This document shows positions 40,535-51,464 of a stretch of DNA of 64,000 nucleotides, piece after piece; position 1 is the stretch's first letter; each line of letters starts with the position of its first letter. The DNA lies in assembly GCA_963804995.1 (NCBI GenBank), contig CAWDSK010000003.1:256001-320000 (forward strand), given 5' to 3'. The notes beneath the pieces were generated by a model that made no database searches, was not told where the DNA came from, and saw only the letters and a list, made by a program, of their open reading frames with translations. Position numbers and translations under genes: made by a program. The stretch comes from an uncultured Acidobacteriota bacterium. GTDB lineage: Bacteria; Acidobacteriota; Terriglobia; UBA7540.

Positions 40535-41890
40535 CTACGCAAACGTGGCTTCTTTCCCATCCCAAACGACTTTCCGGTTGCCATTGCGGTACGACATGTT
40601 GGCTAGGTGAGCGCCCAGCGCCGCGTTGTGGCCCTCAACGCCAGATTCTTTACTCTTCTTTCGCGTGCGAACACATTCAACGAAAGCCTTCACGTGAAGG
40701 TCACCCGGATCACCAATCACATCGTAGTGCTCATTGGCTTCCGCCGCCCGGCATGTCCCCGGGGACCACTGCTGGCTGAGGTTAAGGAAATTGTTTTGCT
40801 TTACCCAATCCTCTTGCATCTTCCGCGGCCACGTGGCCACTACCCAGTCAGATTCATCGAACGGGTCGTCGGTATAAAAGGAGAGGGCCGTTTCGCTGAT
40901 CTGGACGGTGCCTTTGGTGCCCATGAAGTAGGCGCCAAAACCCTGGCTCGATGCGTTCAGGGTCAGCGAAACGTTGTAGGTGAAATTTGGGTACTCGAAC
41001 AGCGTCTGCACCACGTCCGGAACTTCCGTCTCGGGGTAAATCTTCTTCCAGCGATAGCTGCCCCCGTAGGTGATAGCGCTCCGTGGACAAATCTCATTCA
41101 TGAGATAGTGGAGCGTGGTCAGGTGATGCACTACCAAGTCAGTCTGCAAGCCGCCGGAATAATCCCAATAACACCGCCAACGGAAATAGCGTCGCGGGTC
41201 AAAAGGCCGTTGGGGTGCAGGACCTAGCCAGGTTTTCCAATCGATGGTCTCTTCGTTCCCATCCGGAGCGATGGGATAAAACCAAGCACCGGAAGGCGTA
41301 TTGCGGTTCTCCCAGGCCTTCACCAGCGTGATCTGGCCGCAACGTCCTTCGGTGATCCACTTCTTCGCAAGTTCAGTGAGCGGTGAGTTCACCCACTGGC
41401 TGCCAATCTGCAAGATGCGTCCCGTACGCTTTTCAGCCTCCATGATTTCGAACCCATCCTCGATCTTATAGGTCATGGGCTTTTCGCAATAGACGTCCTT
41501 GCCCGCGTCCAGGGAATCCAGGATCATCTTCTTGTGCCAGTGATCGGGCACGGCGATCAGCACGGCATCAATGTCTTTGCGGTCGAGAACGCGGCGATAA
41601 TCACCCGTGGTTTCGAGCTTCTCGCCAAACACTTCCTGGGCTCGAATCAAGCGGTTCTTGTAGACATCACAGGCGACAACCAGTTCCACACCCCGCGTCA
41701 CGGAGAAGCTGAAGGTATCCTGAAGTGCCCGCGCGCCCATGCCGATCACACCCACCCGCACCTTCTCGCTGGGCGGAACGGGCGACGGGTCCGGCGCAGA
41801 CGCCCACAGAACCTTGCCTCCGCTGCGCAGCGCAACCGTGCCCGTAGTCGTGGCCATTCCTGAGTAACGCATAAAGTCTCTGCGATTCAT
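40535..41890 (-). CDS. Tat-exported Gfo/Idh/MocA oxidoreductase
   Basis: NRRDF; VGVIGMG, PDHWH, DVYCEKP and WRCYWDYSGG. Confidence 0.92.
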   Translation of the reverse strand: MNRRDFMRYSGMATTTGTVALRSGGKVLWASAPDPSPVPPSEKVRVGVIGMGARALQDTFSFSVTRGVELVVACDVYKNRLIRAQEVFGEKLETTGDYRRVLDRKDIDAVLIAVPDHWHKKMILDSLDAGKDVYCEKPMTYKIEDGFEIMEAEKRTGRILQIGSQWVNSPLTELAKKWITEGRCGQITLVKAWENRNTPSGAWFYPIAPDGNEETIDWKTWLGPAPQRPFDPRRYFRWRCYWDYSGGLQTDLVVHHLTTLHYLMNEICPRSAITYGGSYRWKKIYPETEVPDVVQTLFEYPNFTYNVSLTLNASSQGFGAYFMGTKGTVQISETALSFYTDDPFDESDWVVATWPRKMQEDWVKQNNFLNLSQQWSPGTCRAAEANEHYDVIGDPGDLHVKAFVECVRTRKKSKESGVEGHNAALGAHLANMSYRNGNRKVVWDGKEATFA

Positions 41891-42194
41891 GGGATTATTT
41901 ATTAATGCCTCCGTGTTGAGATTTCGCAAAGCCGGAAGTATGGGATCGAGTTTCCTCCGTCCCCAGGTTCATTTCCATCCTGACGAGGCGCGATTATACA
42001 GCCACCGTAAGCGTCGCGCCAGATGTGTCTTGGGGAACCAGTACACCACCTCAACGCAGGCAGGGAAAAGTGCTATGCTCCGCCCGCTAACCTTTAGAAG
42101 CGCCGGTGTGCGGAAAGCTGCCCTGCTCTGCTTGTACCTTATGGCAGCGCCACCTGCGGCTTCTCGGGAGCGCGAATCCGAGGAGGAAAATCCC

Positions 42195-42956
42195 ATGGCC
42201 CAATTTTGCACGAAGTGCGGCTCCCCTCTGGTCGAAGGAATGAGATTCTGCACAGGTTGTGGAGCTGCGTTGGAGGGTCCCCCGGCGCCTGCGTCGCAAC
42301 CGCCCGCGGCTCCGGTTCCGCCTCCCGCTGAGCCGCCGCCTGCTATGGCCGCTCCTGCTCCACCGCCAGCCCAAGTCACCGCGACTCCCCCGCCGGTGGC
42401 TGCTACTCCTGCAGCTTCGGCTCCTGCACCCGTCAGCACAGCGGCAAAACCTGGCACCCCCATTCTCAAAATCGTCGTCGCGGTGGTGGCTGTGCTGCTC
42501 GTTTTCGGCCTCATCGGTGCCGGGGCGTGCGTGTACTACGCCTATCGATTCAAGCAAAGGATGAACCAGTACCGGCAGCAAGTCCGGATCACTGCTCCCA
42601 TGCCCTCGGGCACACAGGAGGTTCACCCACAACCCAACCCGGCTCCCACCACTGAGACAGCCGCGCCCATCGATACCGAGGTAGCCACCTATCCCGGCGC
42701 CACTGCGGCGGAAGGTGGCGGTGAGATGTCAATGGGGGGAGGCGCAGTCAAGGTACAACAGTTCGTCACCGACAACTCCGTGGATAAGGTGGTAAGCTTT
42801 TACAAAGACAAGCTGGGGCCGAAATCCATGGTCCAGCAAACTGGTGACCAAGCTCTGGTGCAACTCGCAGGATCAAATGGTGTTATCAGCATTACAATCA
42901 CCCGCGATGCCGCCTCTGGGAAAACCAAGTTCAGTATTACGCGCATCGGAAAATAG
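42195..42956 (+). CDS. Zinc-ribbon membrane protein
   Basis: GAGGAGG RBS; FCTKCG...FCTGCG; Pro/Ala linker; one TM helix. Confidence 0.85.
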   Translation: MAQFCTKCGSPLVEGMRFCTGCGAALEGPPAPASQPPAAPVPPPAEPPPAMAAPAPPPAQVTATPPPVAATPAASAPAPVSTAAKPGTPILKIVVAVVAVLLVFGLIGAGACVYYAYRFKQRMNQYRQQVRITAPMPSGTQEVHPQPNPAPTTETAAPIDTEVATYPGATAAEGGGEMSMGGGAVKVQQFVTDNSVDKVVSFYKDKLGPKSMVQQTGDQALVQLAGSNGVISITITRDAASGKTKFSITRIGK

Positions 42957-43097
42957 TAAGCGCCCACGCTCAACTCGGCAGATAGAACCTTGCTGGCCGG
43001 ACTTGAGTCGGGGGAAGGCGTAGCTCCTCCAAAACCGGCAGCTAAGGAGGGGCGTTGCTCTTGACGCCCAGGCGCGCCCCAAGTCACGAGGTAAATT

Positions 43098-44468
43098 ATG
43101 AAGCCCTTTTCCGGGTCGATAGCCTTCATCCTGTTCCTTACGTGTTCGAACGTTCCAGCTCTGCGGGCTCAGGCAACGAACCCTGCAACCCCGCCCGCCG
43201 CCTCTTCCGTCGACAATAACCCAACGGTCATGCTCCTGAAGCAAGGTCACAGCGACAGCGTACGGGCAAAGGCTGCAAGTGAACTCGGCAAGGAAGGCGA
43301 CCCTGCTACTATCCCGGTGCTGGCCGGAGCACTTACTGACCCCAGTTCCAAGGTGCGGCACGAGGTGGTGCTGGCCCTGGCACAGTTCCACCAGTCGGAG
43401 GTTCTGCCGCCACTGGAGCAGGCCACCAAAGATGTGGACGGTGACACGCGATTGCTGGCTGTCAAGGCGCTGGTGGGCTTCTACTCCGGGGGTTCGCTCG
43501 GCGGGGGCCTGACGGGATTTATGAGGAAGAGCGTGCAACGCGTGAAAGGTCATTTCGAAGCCGACCCCACGAGGATCGATCCCGGCCTGACGGTGGACCC
43601 GCAGGTCATCACGACACTCGTCGCGACCCTCAACGACACGCGCTCGAACGACGCGTCGCGCGAGGCCGCCAAAGGGCTGGGCATTCTGGTCGCAAAGCCA
43701 GCGGTGCCGGATCTGATAAAGGCTGCGCACTCCTCTGACACCGACCTGGCGCGCGAGGCGTTGAACGCTCTTTCCAAGATCAAAGACCTCACGGCAGGCC
43801 CGCAACTCGTCGACTTGCTGGACTCGCCGACCAAGGATGTCAAACGCGATGCCTGCGTCACGGTCGGCATCCTGCGGGCCAAGGATGCTGTGCCCAAGTT
43901 GCAGTCGATCTTTGAGAGCGGCCCCGATCAAAAAGACAAAGTAGCAGCAATCCAGGGGTTGGCTTACCTCGGAGAAAAGGTGTCCGTTCCGGTCTTTATC
44001 AAGGCCCTGTGGAGCCAGGATAAGACCGTCCGTCAGGCGGCGGCAGAGGGGCTGGCGCGTGCTGCAGATCCCCAAAGCCTGGGAGAACTGGAGAAGGCAG
44101 TCACCGCCGAAAAGGACGCCGACGTAACCCTCGCGATCGAATTCGCCATTACGGCACTTGGCAAGGGGGACTACTTGAGCGCCATGGTGGGCGATTTGGG
44201 TTCGCGGACGCGCGGCGACACGGCCCGCGCCTACCTGACCGAACTGGCCTGGACGCCCGGCTTCCTCCCCAAACTTTATCCCTACCTGCAAAGCAAGGAC
44301 TCGGATGTGAGGAAGCGGCTTTGTGCCGTGCTGATGTACAGTGGCGATCAGACCAGCCTGGAGCCGCTGGACCGGCTCTCTCACGATCCTGATGCCGGCG
44401 TGTCTGCACAGGCCCTGCGCGCCAAAAGTGCCATTCGGTCCCGCCTGGGAGCGACGGCAAAACCGTAG
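43098..44468 (+). CDS. Exported HEAT-repeat protein
   Basis: Signal peptide; VRAKAASELG, DPSSKVRHEVVLAL and VRQAAAEGL repeats. Confidence 0.88.
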   Translation: MKPFSGSIAFILFLTCSNVPALRAQATNPATPPAASSVDNNPTVMLLKQGHSDSVRAKAASELGKEGDPATIPVLAGALTDPSSKVRHEVVLALAQFHQSEVLPPLEQATKDVDGDTRLLAVKALVGFYSGGSLGGGLTGFMRKSVQRVKGHFEADPTRIDPGLTVDPQVITTLVATLNDTRSNDASREAAKGLGILVAKPAVPDLIKAAHSSDTDLAREALNALSKIKDLTAGPQLVDLLDSPTKDVKRDACVTVGILRAKDAVPKLQSIFESGPDQKDKVAAIQGLAYLGEKVSVPVFIKALWSQDKTVRQAAAEGLARAADPQSLGELEKAVTAEKDADVTLAIEFAITALGKGDYLSAMVGDLGSRTRGDTARAYLTELAWTPGFLPKLYPYLQSKDSDVRKRLCAVLMYSGDQTSLEPLDRLSHDPDAGVSAQALRAKSAIRSRLGATAKP

Positions 44469-44764
44469 TCCGGATATTTCAGCAGTGAGGGAAACCGTGG
44501 GCCTCTGAGCCCGCCCTTCCAAACCCGTGGTGAGAAATCTGTCCCTCCTCGCGATCCAGAGGTGTGAATCGCTTCTTAAATGTGCGAGTTGGTGGCATCG
44601 GACGGCCTCTGAATACCCGCTTCAACTTCTTGCCTATCGTTAATACAACCGCAACCTGGCATAGGTTCTTGTGACATTGCTCGTTGGGATAATTGCCGGA
44701 AACGGATCCGCGTGGTAGTATAACCGCTCTCCAAATTGAAGGTGATTTCCGGTTGAGTGAAGGT

Positions 44765-45640
44765 ATGTCGTCTACATCCCCGCAGAAGTTGGATTCCCAG
44801 ACACCCCGCGAGCTCGAGCTGAAGCTGGCGCACAGTCCGGACTCTGACGACGCTTTTATGTTCTATGGCCTCGCGACCAAGAAACTGCGGACGGGCAACC
44901 TGCTCTTCACGCACACGCTTGAGGACATTGAATCCCTGAACCAGAAAGCGATGGAGGGCGTTTACGACATCACTGCAATCTCTTTCCACGCCTACCCCTA
45001 TCTCGCCGACCGTTACATTTTGCTCCCCTCCGGCGCGAGCTTCGGCGAGCGCTATGGACCTATTGTGGTGGCGCGTGCCACGCTGGGAACAGAAGGCTTG
45101 CGTGGTAAGCGCGTGGCGGTGCCAGGGAAAATGACTACCGCTCATCTGGTGCTGCAGCTCTATGAGCGTGAATTTGAGGCCATTTTCACCCCCTTCGATC
45201 AGGTCCTGGAAGCTGTCAACCGGGGTGAGGCGGATGCCGGGGTGATCATCCACGAAGGCCAGTTGACGTACGCCGAATCCGGGCTGCAAAAGATTGTGGA
45301 TTTGGGCGAATGGTGGCACCAGGAAACAGGTTTGCCGCTTCCGCTCGGTGGAAATGCCATCCGCCGCTCGCTTGACCACCGTACCTTGCGCGCGGCCGCT
45401 AGGTTGTTGAAGGAAAGCATTCAATACTCGCTCGATCATCGCGAAGAAGCCCTTAACTATGCCCTGCAGTTCGCCCGCGGGCTCGATTCCCCCACGGCCG
45501 ACCGCTTCGTGGCCATGTACGTCAACGATTGGACGCTCGATTACGGTGAGCGCGGCCGCCAGGCGGTACAAACGCTCCTTGACCGTGGTTACGAAAAGGG
45601 AATCCTGCCTCAGCACGTAAAGGCGGAATTTGTGGAATAA
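44765..45640 (+). CDS. mqnD: 1,4-dihydroxy-6-naphthoate synthase (futalosine pathway)
   Basis: [34 protein letters not shown]...LPLPLG and MYVN. Confidence 0.88.
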   Translation: MSSTSPQKLDSQTPRELELKLAHSPDSDDAFMFYGLATKKLRTGNLLFTHTLEDIESLNQKAMEGVYDITAISFHAYPYLADRYILLPSGASFGERYGPIVVARATLGTEGLRGKRVAVPGKMTTAHLVLQLYEREFEAIFTPFDQVLEAVNRGEADAGVIIHEGQLTYAESGLQKIVDLGEWWHQETGLPLPLGGNAIRRSLDHRTLRAAARLLKESIQYSLDHREEALNYALQFARGLDSPTADRFVAMYVNDWTLDYGERGRQAVQTLLDRGYEKGILPQHVKAEFVE

Positions 45641-45754
45641 CCCCGCCGCCTGCCCTGCGCGGTTCAGGCGAGGAATTATTCGGCCGCTGGCCAGCAGCTT
45701 GATCCAAACGTAGCACCGCAAAACCCAAACTTTTGACGACGAGAGGAATCTGCC

Positions 45755-46558
45755 ATGCCGGACAAGTATCGCTATGAAGAATTCACTTGGCCGGAGATTC
45801 GCGAGGCGGTGGCGGAGAATCGCGTGGCCGTCCTCCCGGTGGGTACCATCGAACAACATGGCGTGCACCTGCCACTGGTCACTGACGTGCTGACTTCCAC
45901 CGAGGTCGCCCGGCGGGCGGTCGAGCAAGTGCCCCACGAGGCCGTCCTGATGCCGTCGGTCTATTATTCCTTCAACATTCACCATATGGATTTTCCCGGC
46001 ACCATCGCCATCGACGGGCCGAATATCATTGGCTATGTGACCGATATCGGCAAAAGCTTGGCCTACCATGGTTTCCGCAAAATCCTCCTGGTCAACGGAC
46101 ACGGCAGTAATGTTCCCTTTCTCGACATCGCGGCTCGGAACATCGCAAACACGACCGAGGCGATCTGTGGCATGATTTCCTGGTGGAGCTTGATCCCTCC
46201 CCAGCTTTTTCGAGAGTTGCGGGAATCGGAGATCCCTGGGGGCATGGCGCACGCTTGTGAACTTGAAACCTCCGTGTTGCTCTATTTGCGCGGCGACTTG
46301 GTGCAATTCGAAAAGGCGGAGAAAGAAATCAACCTGCCGCCTAACTCCGAGTTCTTCTTCTGGGATTTCGAGACGCCCTCGCGGCTGGTTTTTCAAGAAT
46401 GGGCCAGCCGGAATTCGAAGACCGGAACCTTCGGCGATCCCACCAAGGCCACGCGTGAGAAGGGCGAGAAGTTCGTGAACGCCGCAGTGGAAAGAATGCT
46501 GGTCTTGCTCCGGGAACTGCGAGCGCGCCCGATTCCTCCGCGCGTGGACCATCACTAG
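45755..46558 (+). CDS. Creatininase/amidohydrolase family protein
   Basis: PVGTIEQHGVHLP..D, NGHGSN, HACELETS and GTFGDP. Confidence 0.9.
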   Translation: MPDKYRYEEFTWPEIREAVAENRVAVLPVGTIEQHGVHLPLVTDVLTSTEVARRAVEQVPHEAVLMPSVYYSFNIHHMDFPGTIAIDGPNIIGYVTDIGKSLAYHGFRKILLVNGHGSNVPFLDIAARNIANTTEAICGMISWWSLIPPQLFRELRESEIPGGMAHACELETSVLLYLRGDLVQFEKAEKEINLPPNSEFFFWDFETPSRLVFQEWASRNSKTGTFGDPTKATREKGEKFVNAAVERMLVLLRELRARPIPPRVDHH

Positions 46559-46569
46559 GCACAGTTTAA

Positions 46570-47799
46570 ATGGCCAACACTACTGTCCGTAACCGCCTCG
46601 CATTTACTTCCACCCAAAGAAAGGTGCTTTTGGCGCTCGCCAGCATGGTGGGCTTGCGCATGCTGGGCTTGTTTCTAGTCCTGCCGGTCTTCACCCTTTA
46701 CGGGCTCCAATTCACTACCTCAAAGTTTTTGGTCGGCTTCGCTTTCGGCGCCTATGCCCTGACCATGGCGATCCTGCAAATTCCCCTCGGCAGACTCTCA
46801 GACCGCATCGGCCGCCGCAAGGTGCTGGTAATGGGCATGACGCTATTCAGTGTGGGCTCGTTCCTCTGTGCCTTGCCTCCCTTGTTTCCCCACTCCTGGC
46901 AAATCTGGGAGCTGATTTTTGGGCGGCTGGTGCAAGGCGGCGGAGCCATCATCTCCGTAGCCTTTGCCACCGTGGCCGATTACATTGAGCCCGAGCGGCG
47001 CTCAACCGCCATGGCGGTGCTGGGCATCCCCATTGGCGTGTCGTTTGCGGTGGGAATCATCGGCGGGCCCATCCTGGCGGGATGGTTTGGCACGGCCTTC
47101 CTGTTTTGGCTGACGGGTTTCCTGGGCCTGGCAACGGATTTTCTCCTGGTGCGCTACCTGAAAGACGAGGTTCGCGAGCGGCAGGCTCCCGCACCCATGG
47201 CACAGGTCTTCGCTCATCCGCCGCTTGTCGCCTATGCCGGGGGCGGGTTCCTGATCAACTTCTTCATGACTACGTTCTTCTTCCATTTTCCTCTGATTGT
47301 CACCGGCCAGCACCACCTGAAATTGACCGATTACTACATGCTGTTGTTGCCGATGATGGTGATCAGCGGCTTCACCATGTTTGGCTTTTCGCAAGGCGCT
47401 GACAAAGGCTGGGGGCGCCCCCTCGCCTCGGTTGCCTACTTGATGTTCATTCCCAGTTTCTTGCTGCTCTTTGCACCGGCTAGTTTGGGCTTGGACCCCC
47501 AACGGCTGTTTCCGGTATTTCTTGCGGGAACGCTTTTCTATATCGGTTTCACAGGGCTGGAGCCGATTCTCCCCAGCCTGGTCAGTAAAGCCTCGCCCGG
47601 AACGGCCTATGGAACGGCCCTGGGCTTCTACAACACCGCGCAGTTTCTGGGCAGCACGGTGGGAGGCTCTTTGGCCGGTGCCCTCGCCAATTACCCGCCG
47701 GAGCGGACCTTGGTGACCATGCTGGTCGCCGCAACCATCGGTTTCCTGATGATGGTCGCAACCAAACCGCCCGTTCGCGCTGAAACCGAATCTCACTGA
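46570..47799 (+). CDS. MFS transporter (YajR-like)
   Basis: LRMLGLFLVLPV, GRLSDRIGRR and LEPILPSLVSK. Confidence 0.9.
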   Translation: MANTTVRNRLAFTSTQRKVLLALASMVGLRMLGLFLVLPVFTLYGLQFTTSKFLVGFAFGAYALTMAILQIPLGRLSDRIGRRKVLVMGMTLFSVGSFLCALPPLFPHSWQIWELIFGRLVQGGGAIISVAFATVADYIEPERRSTAMAVLGIPIGVSFAVGIIGGPILAGWFGTAFLFWLTGFLGLATDFLLVRYLKDEVRERQAPAPMAQVFAHPPLVAYAGGGFLINFFMTTFFFHFPLIVTGQHHLKLTDYYMLLLPMMVISGFTMFGFSQGADKGWGRPLASVAYLMFIPSFLLLFAPASLGLDPQRLFPVFLAGTLFYIGFTGLEPILPSLVSKASPGTAYGTALGFYNTAQFLGSTVGGSLAGALANYPPERTLVTMLVAATIGFLMMVATKPPVRAETESH

Positions 47800-47843
47800 C
47801 TCTTGACAACGCCCCATTAGAGTTTCAAGCTCAACGCTAGGGC

Positions 47844-47963
47844 TAGTGTGGTATCCGGTAATTAACTGGACATCGAAACGCCGCTATCTTGGCGGCATTT
47901 GCCGGCAGGATGCCGGCGCTACGACCAACCCATTTGTCCAGCCATTTCCTGGACACTGCACTA
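47844..47963. mobile_element. 120-bp TA-ended MITE-like element with REP cargo
   Basis: TAGTGTGGTATCCGG...CTGGACA left end and TGTCCAG...CCTGGACACTGCACTA right end; near-duplicate of cargo plus right end at 48393-48482. Confidence 0.65.
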
Positions 47964-48084
47964 GACACATTGTCATCCTGTTCTACCATTTATCATAATG
48001 CTGCTAACAGTATTTGTTTTCAATAACCTCTCAGCTTTGGCAAACAGAAATCCCTAGTTGACGCGCTTTGTTTTCAACATGTTC

Positions 48085-48177
48085 TCAGCTTTGGGCGTTT
48101 TGGGCATCAAGCGACACATTGTCGACTAGAATGAACAGCTCAGATGGTGCGTTTTCGGTCTCATATTTACACTTCAC
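48085..48177 (-). CDS. Putative 30-aa small ORF
   Basis: GTG start 7 nt after GGAGG, downstream of a consensus promoter; MKCKYETENAPSELFILVDNVSLDAQNAQS. Confidence 0.4.
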   Translation of the reverse strand: MKCKYETENAPSELFILVDNVSLDAQNAQS

Positions 48178-48236
48178 TGGGGGGCCTCCATACGGTGCGC
48201 TCCACGCCCAGTCCTTCCGACAGTCGGCGCAGCCGG

Positions 48237-48266
48237 ATTATACCAATCAGTAAGGCTTAGTGTCAA
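48237..48266 (-). promoter_or_regulatory. Consensus sigma70 promoter
   Basis: TTGACA-18-TATAAT on the minus strand. Confidence 0.7.
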
Positions 48267-48934
48267 GCTTTATTATTGCGGGGGATGAACTGAGGGAAGT
48301 AGGGCCTCCACCTTCGCCGGGAACCCTGAAATTAGTCGCTCCGGCGGCAAACTGCACCACTACCACTAACCAGGCGCTGCCCTAATTGGAGCGTAGCGCC
48401 GCTATCTTGGCGGCACTTGCCCGCAGAATGCCGGCGCTACGGCCAACACAGTTGTCCAGCCATTTCCTGGACACTGGACTAGGCTTTTCTTGATCTCCTT
48501 TCTCTTGAATTTCGATCTGACTCCCATGGGGTTTAAGCTTCGGCAACAGGTAGGTCACGCGCTAGCCTTCCCGCAAGTTGGAACCTCCTGGGTTCCGGGG
48601 ACTGGGGCTTGGAGTTGCTCTCGCGCCCTTGACACCTAACATCCAGTCATCTGACCGAATATGTCATCGCGATGCCTTTTGTGTTGGGGGTTTGCAGAAT
48701 CTTCAAACGAAGAACCGCGGACCCCAAAGACGGGGGACCACGTTACGGTTGCTACACTTGCTCGTAAATTTCGTCCTGGCTTCGCGCTTGCTCCCAAACT
48801 CTTCCGGGGCGTTGTATATTAGGAGACAGGCATGTTGTAATGTTCATGTTCAGGGCAAAGACGAAGGCATCGTGAATATGCGGCGCGAAACTGAAAATCC
48901 GCGCTCTGCAGATGAGTTTGCGCACCGCTGTGCC

Positions 48935-51277
48935 ATGAAGGCGACGGCCGCACGGCTCCGGCTCACCCTAGGAATGGTTTTCGTGGCTCTCCTGGCCTCA
49001 ACCTCGCTCTCGGCGCAGAGCAACACCGGAGAGCTGCGCCTGAAGATGACCGACCCTGCCGGGCTGGGGGTCGAGAGCACGGTCGAGTTGACCAGCGACT
49101 CGAACCAGGTGCGGCGGACGCTCACGACAGACGACGCAGGGAACGCCGTGGCCAAGTTGCTGCCCTTTGGGATCTACAGAATCCGCGTCGCGCCACCGGG
49201 ATTTGCGCCCTTCTCGCAATCGCTGGAGATTCGTACCGCCCTCCCCACTTCCTTCCGCATCAAACTCGACCTGGCCACGGTGAGCGCTTCCGTGGTCGTT
49301 AAAGACGCGGATACGCTGATTGATCCCCACGCCACGGGCACGATCGAGCGCATTGGTTCCGACACGCTTCGCGACCGGCTGACTTCCCTGCCGGGCCGCT
49401 CGCTCGTTGACTTGGTGAATTCCGAACCGGGCTGGCTATACGAAGGCAACGCGGTTCTGCATCCGCGCGGCTCCGAATACCAGACTCAGTTCGTGGTGGA
49501 CGGAATTCCGCTCACGGACAATCGCTCGCCAAGCTTCGGGCCTGAACTCGAAGCCGACGACGTGGAATCGATAAGCATTTACACCGCCAACATCCCGGCC
49601 GAATACGGAAGGAAAATGGGCGGCGTAGTGGAGGTGAACACGACGAACGACTCACGCCCGGGGTTCCACGGAAAAGTGGTGGGGGCGGGCGGCAGCTTCG
49701 ACACTGCGGATGGCTACGGGCAGGCGCAGTATGCCTGGGGCGAGAATACGTTGGGAGTAAGCGCCTCAGGCGCCACCACCCATCGGTATCTGAACCCTCC
49801 GGTCGTCGAAAATTATACGAATGCGGGCACGACCTCAGATTTCGGGGCGCACTACGAGCGGGATTTGACGGATCGCGACCGCTTCAATGCGATTCTTCGG
49901 CATGAACAGGTGGGATTCGAAATCCCCAATGAGCAAGTCCAGCAGGCCGCGGGGCAGCGGCAAGATCGCTCGAATGACGAGACGATGGGAGTCTTGAGTT
50001 ATGAGCACATCTTCTCCCCCAGTGTTTTGGGGGATCTCCGGGCGATGGTGAGGTCGGACGACAACCGCCTTTGGTCGAACCCCTTCGCGACGCCCATCCT
50101 CGCCGGGCAGGAGCGAGGCTTGCGGGAAGGCTATTTCAAAGCCAGCGTGGCGGTACACCACGGCCGTCACGAGTGGAAAACCGGCATCGAGGCGGACTTC
50201 GCGTATCTTCACGAACAGTTCAGCGACACCCTAACTGACCCCACCCAATTTGACCCCGGAACGCCCCCAAAATTCAACTTCTTCGGCCGCGGAAACGATC
50301 TCGAACAATCCTTTTTCGTACAGGACCTCATCCGTCTGGGCGCATGGACCCTAAGCGCGGGCCTGCGATGGGATCACTATCAACTGTTAGTGAACCGGAA
50401 CGCGCTGAGCCCGCGGCTAGGAATCGCTCGCTATTGGGAAAAGGCCAAACTGGTTCTGCACGCTTCCTATGACCGAGTCTTCCAAACGCCGGCTTTTGAG
50501 AATATTCTTCTCTCCAGCTCTCCCGAAGTTGCCGTTCTGAACCCCAACGTCCTGCGGCTGCCCGTCGAGCCCTCACAGGGTAATTACTACGAGGCCGGGC
50601 TTAGCAAGGGCTTCTTCGGAAAATTCAAGCTGGACGCCAACGCTTTCGAGAGGCGGGTGAGCAACTTTGCCGACGATGACGTGCTGCTGAATACCGGTGT
50701 CAGTTTTCCCATCGCCTTCCGCAAAGCCGCTATTTACGGGGCCGAAGGGAAGCTCGATTTCCCCCGCTGGGGGCGGCTCTCCGGGTACACCAGCTATTCG
50801 TATCTGGTGGGCGCCGCCTATCTGCCGGTAACCGGCGGGCTCTTCCTGGGAACGGACTCAACCGATGCGCTCAGCGCAACTACCGGCCGGTTCTGGATTT
50901 CCCAAGACCAACGCCACAGCGTGCGCACCAGGTTTCGATATCAACTGAAGCCGCGACTGTGGGCGGCCCTGGGTGGCGAGTATGGGAGCGGTCTGCCCGT
51001 GGCATTCGATGGCACGGAGCAGCAAGCCATCGCCCAGTACGGCTCGGAGATTGTGGACCGCGTGAACCTGGCCGACGGCCGCGTGAAGCCGTCGCTCTCC
51101 GTCAACGCCTCTATGGGCGCTGACCTCTGGAAGAGTGAGCGCCTGACGATGCGGGTGCAAGCGGACGCGGAGAATCTGAACAACCGACTCAACGTGATCA
51201 ATTTCGCTGGCCTCTTTTCTGGAAACGCCGTGGCGCCCCCCCGCAGCGGGACAATTCGCCTTACTGCCGATTTTTAG
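48935..51277 (+). CDS. TonB-dependent receptor with N-terminal carboxypeptidase-regulatory-like domain
   Basis: Signal peptide; plug VDGIP...PAEYG...GGVV; LSAGLRWD and LSPRLG; C-terminal Phe; start position uncertain. Confidence 0.88.
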   Translation: MKATAARLRLTLGMVFVALLASTSLSAQSNTGELRLKMTDPAGLGVESTVELTSDSNQVRRTLTTDDAGNAVAKLLPFGIYRIRVAPPGFAPFSQSLEIRTALPTSFRIKLDLATVSASVVVKDADTLIDPHATGTIERIGSDTLRDRLTSLPGRSLVDLVNSEPGWLYEGNAVLHPRGSEYQTQFVVDGIPLTDNRSPSFGPELEADDVESISIYTANIPAEYGRKMGGVVEVNTTNDSRPGFHGKVVGAGGSFDTADGYGQAQYAWGENTLGVSASGATTHRYLNPPVVENYTNAGTTSDFGAHYERDLTDRDRFNAILRHEQVGFEIPNEQVQQAAGQRQDRSNDETMGVLSYEHIFSPSVLGDLRAMVRSDDNRLWSNPFATPILAGQERGLREGYFKASVAVHHGRHEWKTGIEADFAYLHEQFSDTLTDPTQFDPGTPPKFNFFGRGNDLEQSFFVQDLIRLGAWTLSAGLRWDHYQLLVNRNALSPRLGIARYWEKAKLVLHASYDRVFQTPAFENILLSSSPEVAVLNPNVLRLPVEPSQGNYYEAGLSKGFFGKFKLDANAFERRVSNFADDDVLLNTGVSFPIAFRKAAIYGAEGKLDFPRWGRLSGYTSYSYLVGAAYLPVTGGLFLGTDSTDALSATTGRFWISQDQRHSVRTRFRYQLKPRLWAALGGEYGSGLPVAFDGTEQQAIAQYGSEIVDRVNLADGRVKPSLSVNASMGADLWKSERLTMRVQADAENLNNRLNVINFAGLFSGNAVAPPRSGTIRLTADF

Positions 51278-51464
51278 GCGCTGCCATCAAGGCCCTTGCT
51301 ACCGTCGGGTGGGTAGTCGGTCAGTTTGAATCCGCAAGCCGGGTGGTTCGTTTGTGACGCATACATACAAGGCAATGTATGCGACCCCCCGAAAGGCGGA
51401 TTTACTCCGCCATATGGCGAGGTAAACTCGCCGCTACGGCAAACAGCCCTGCCCCCCGACCCAG

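Noticed and set aside
42873..46555. Long minus-strand ORFs of 549 and 659 aa
   Set aside because: Shadows of the HEAT, mqnD and creatininase genes, expected in GC-rich DNA.
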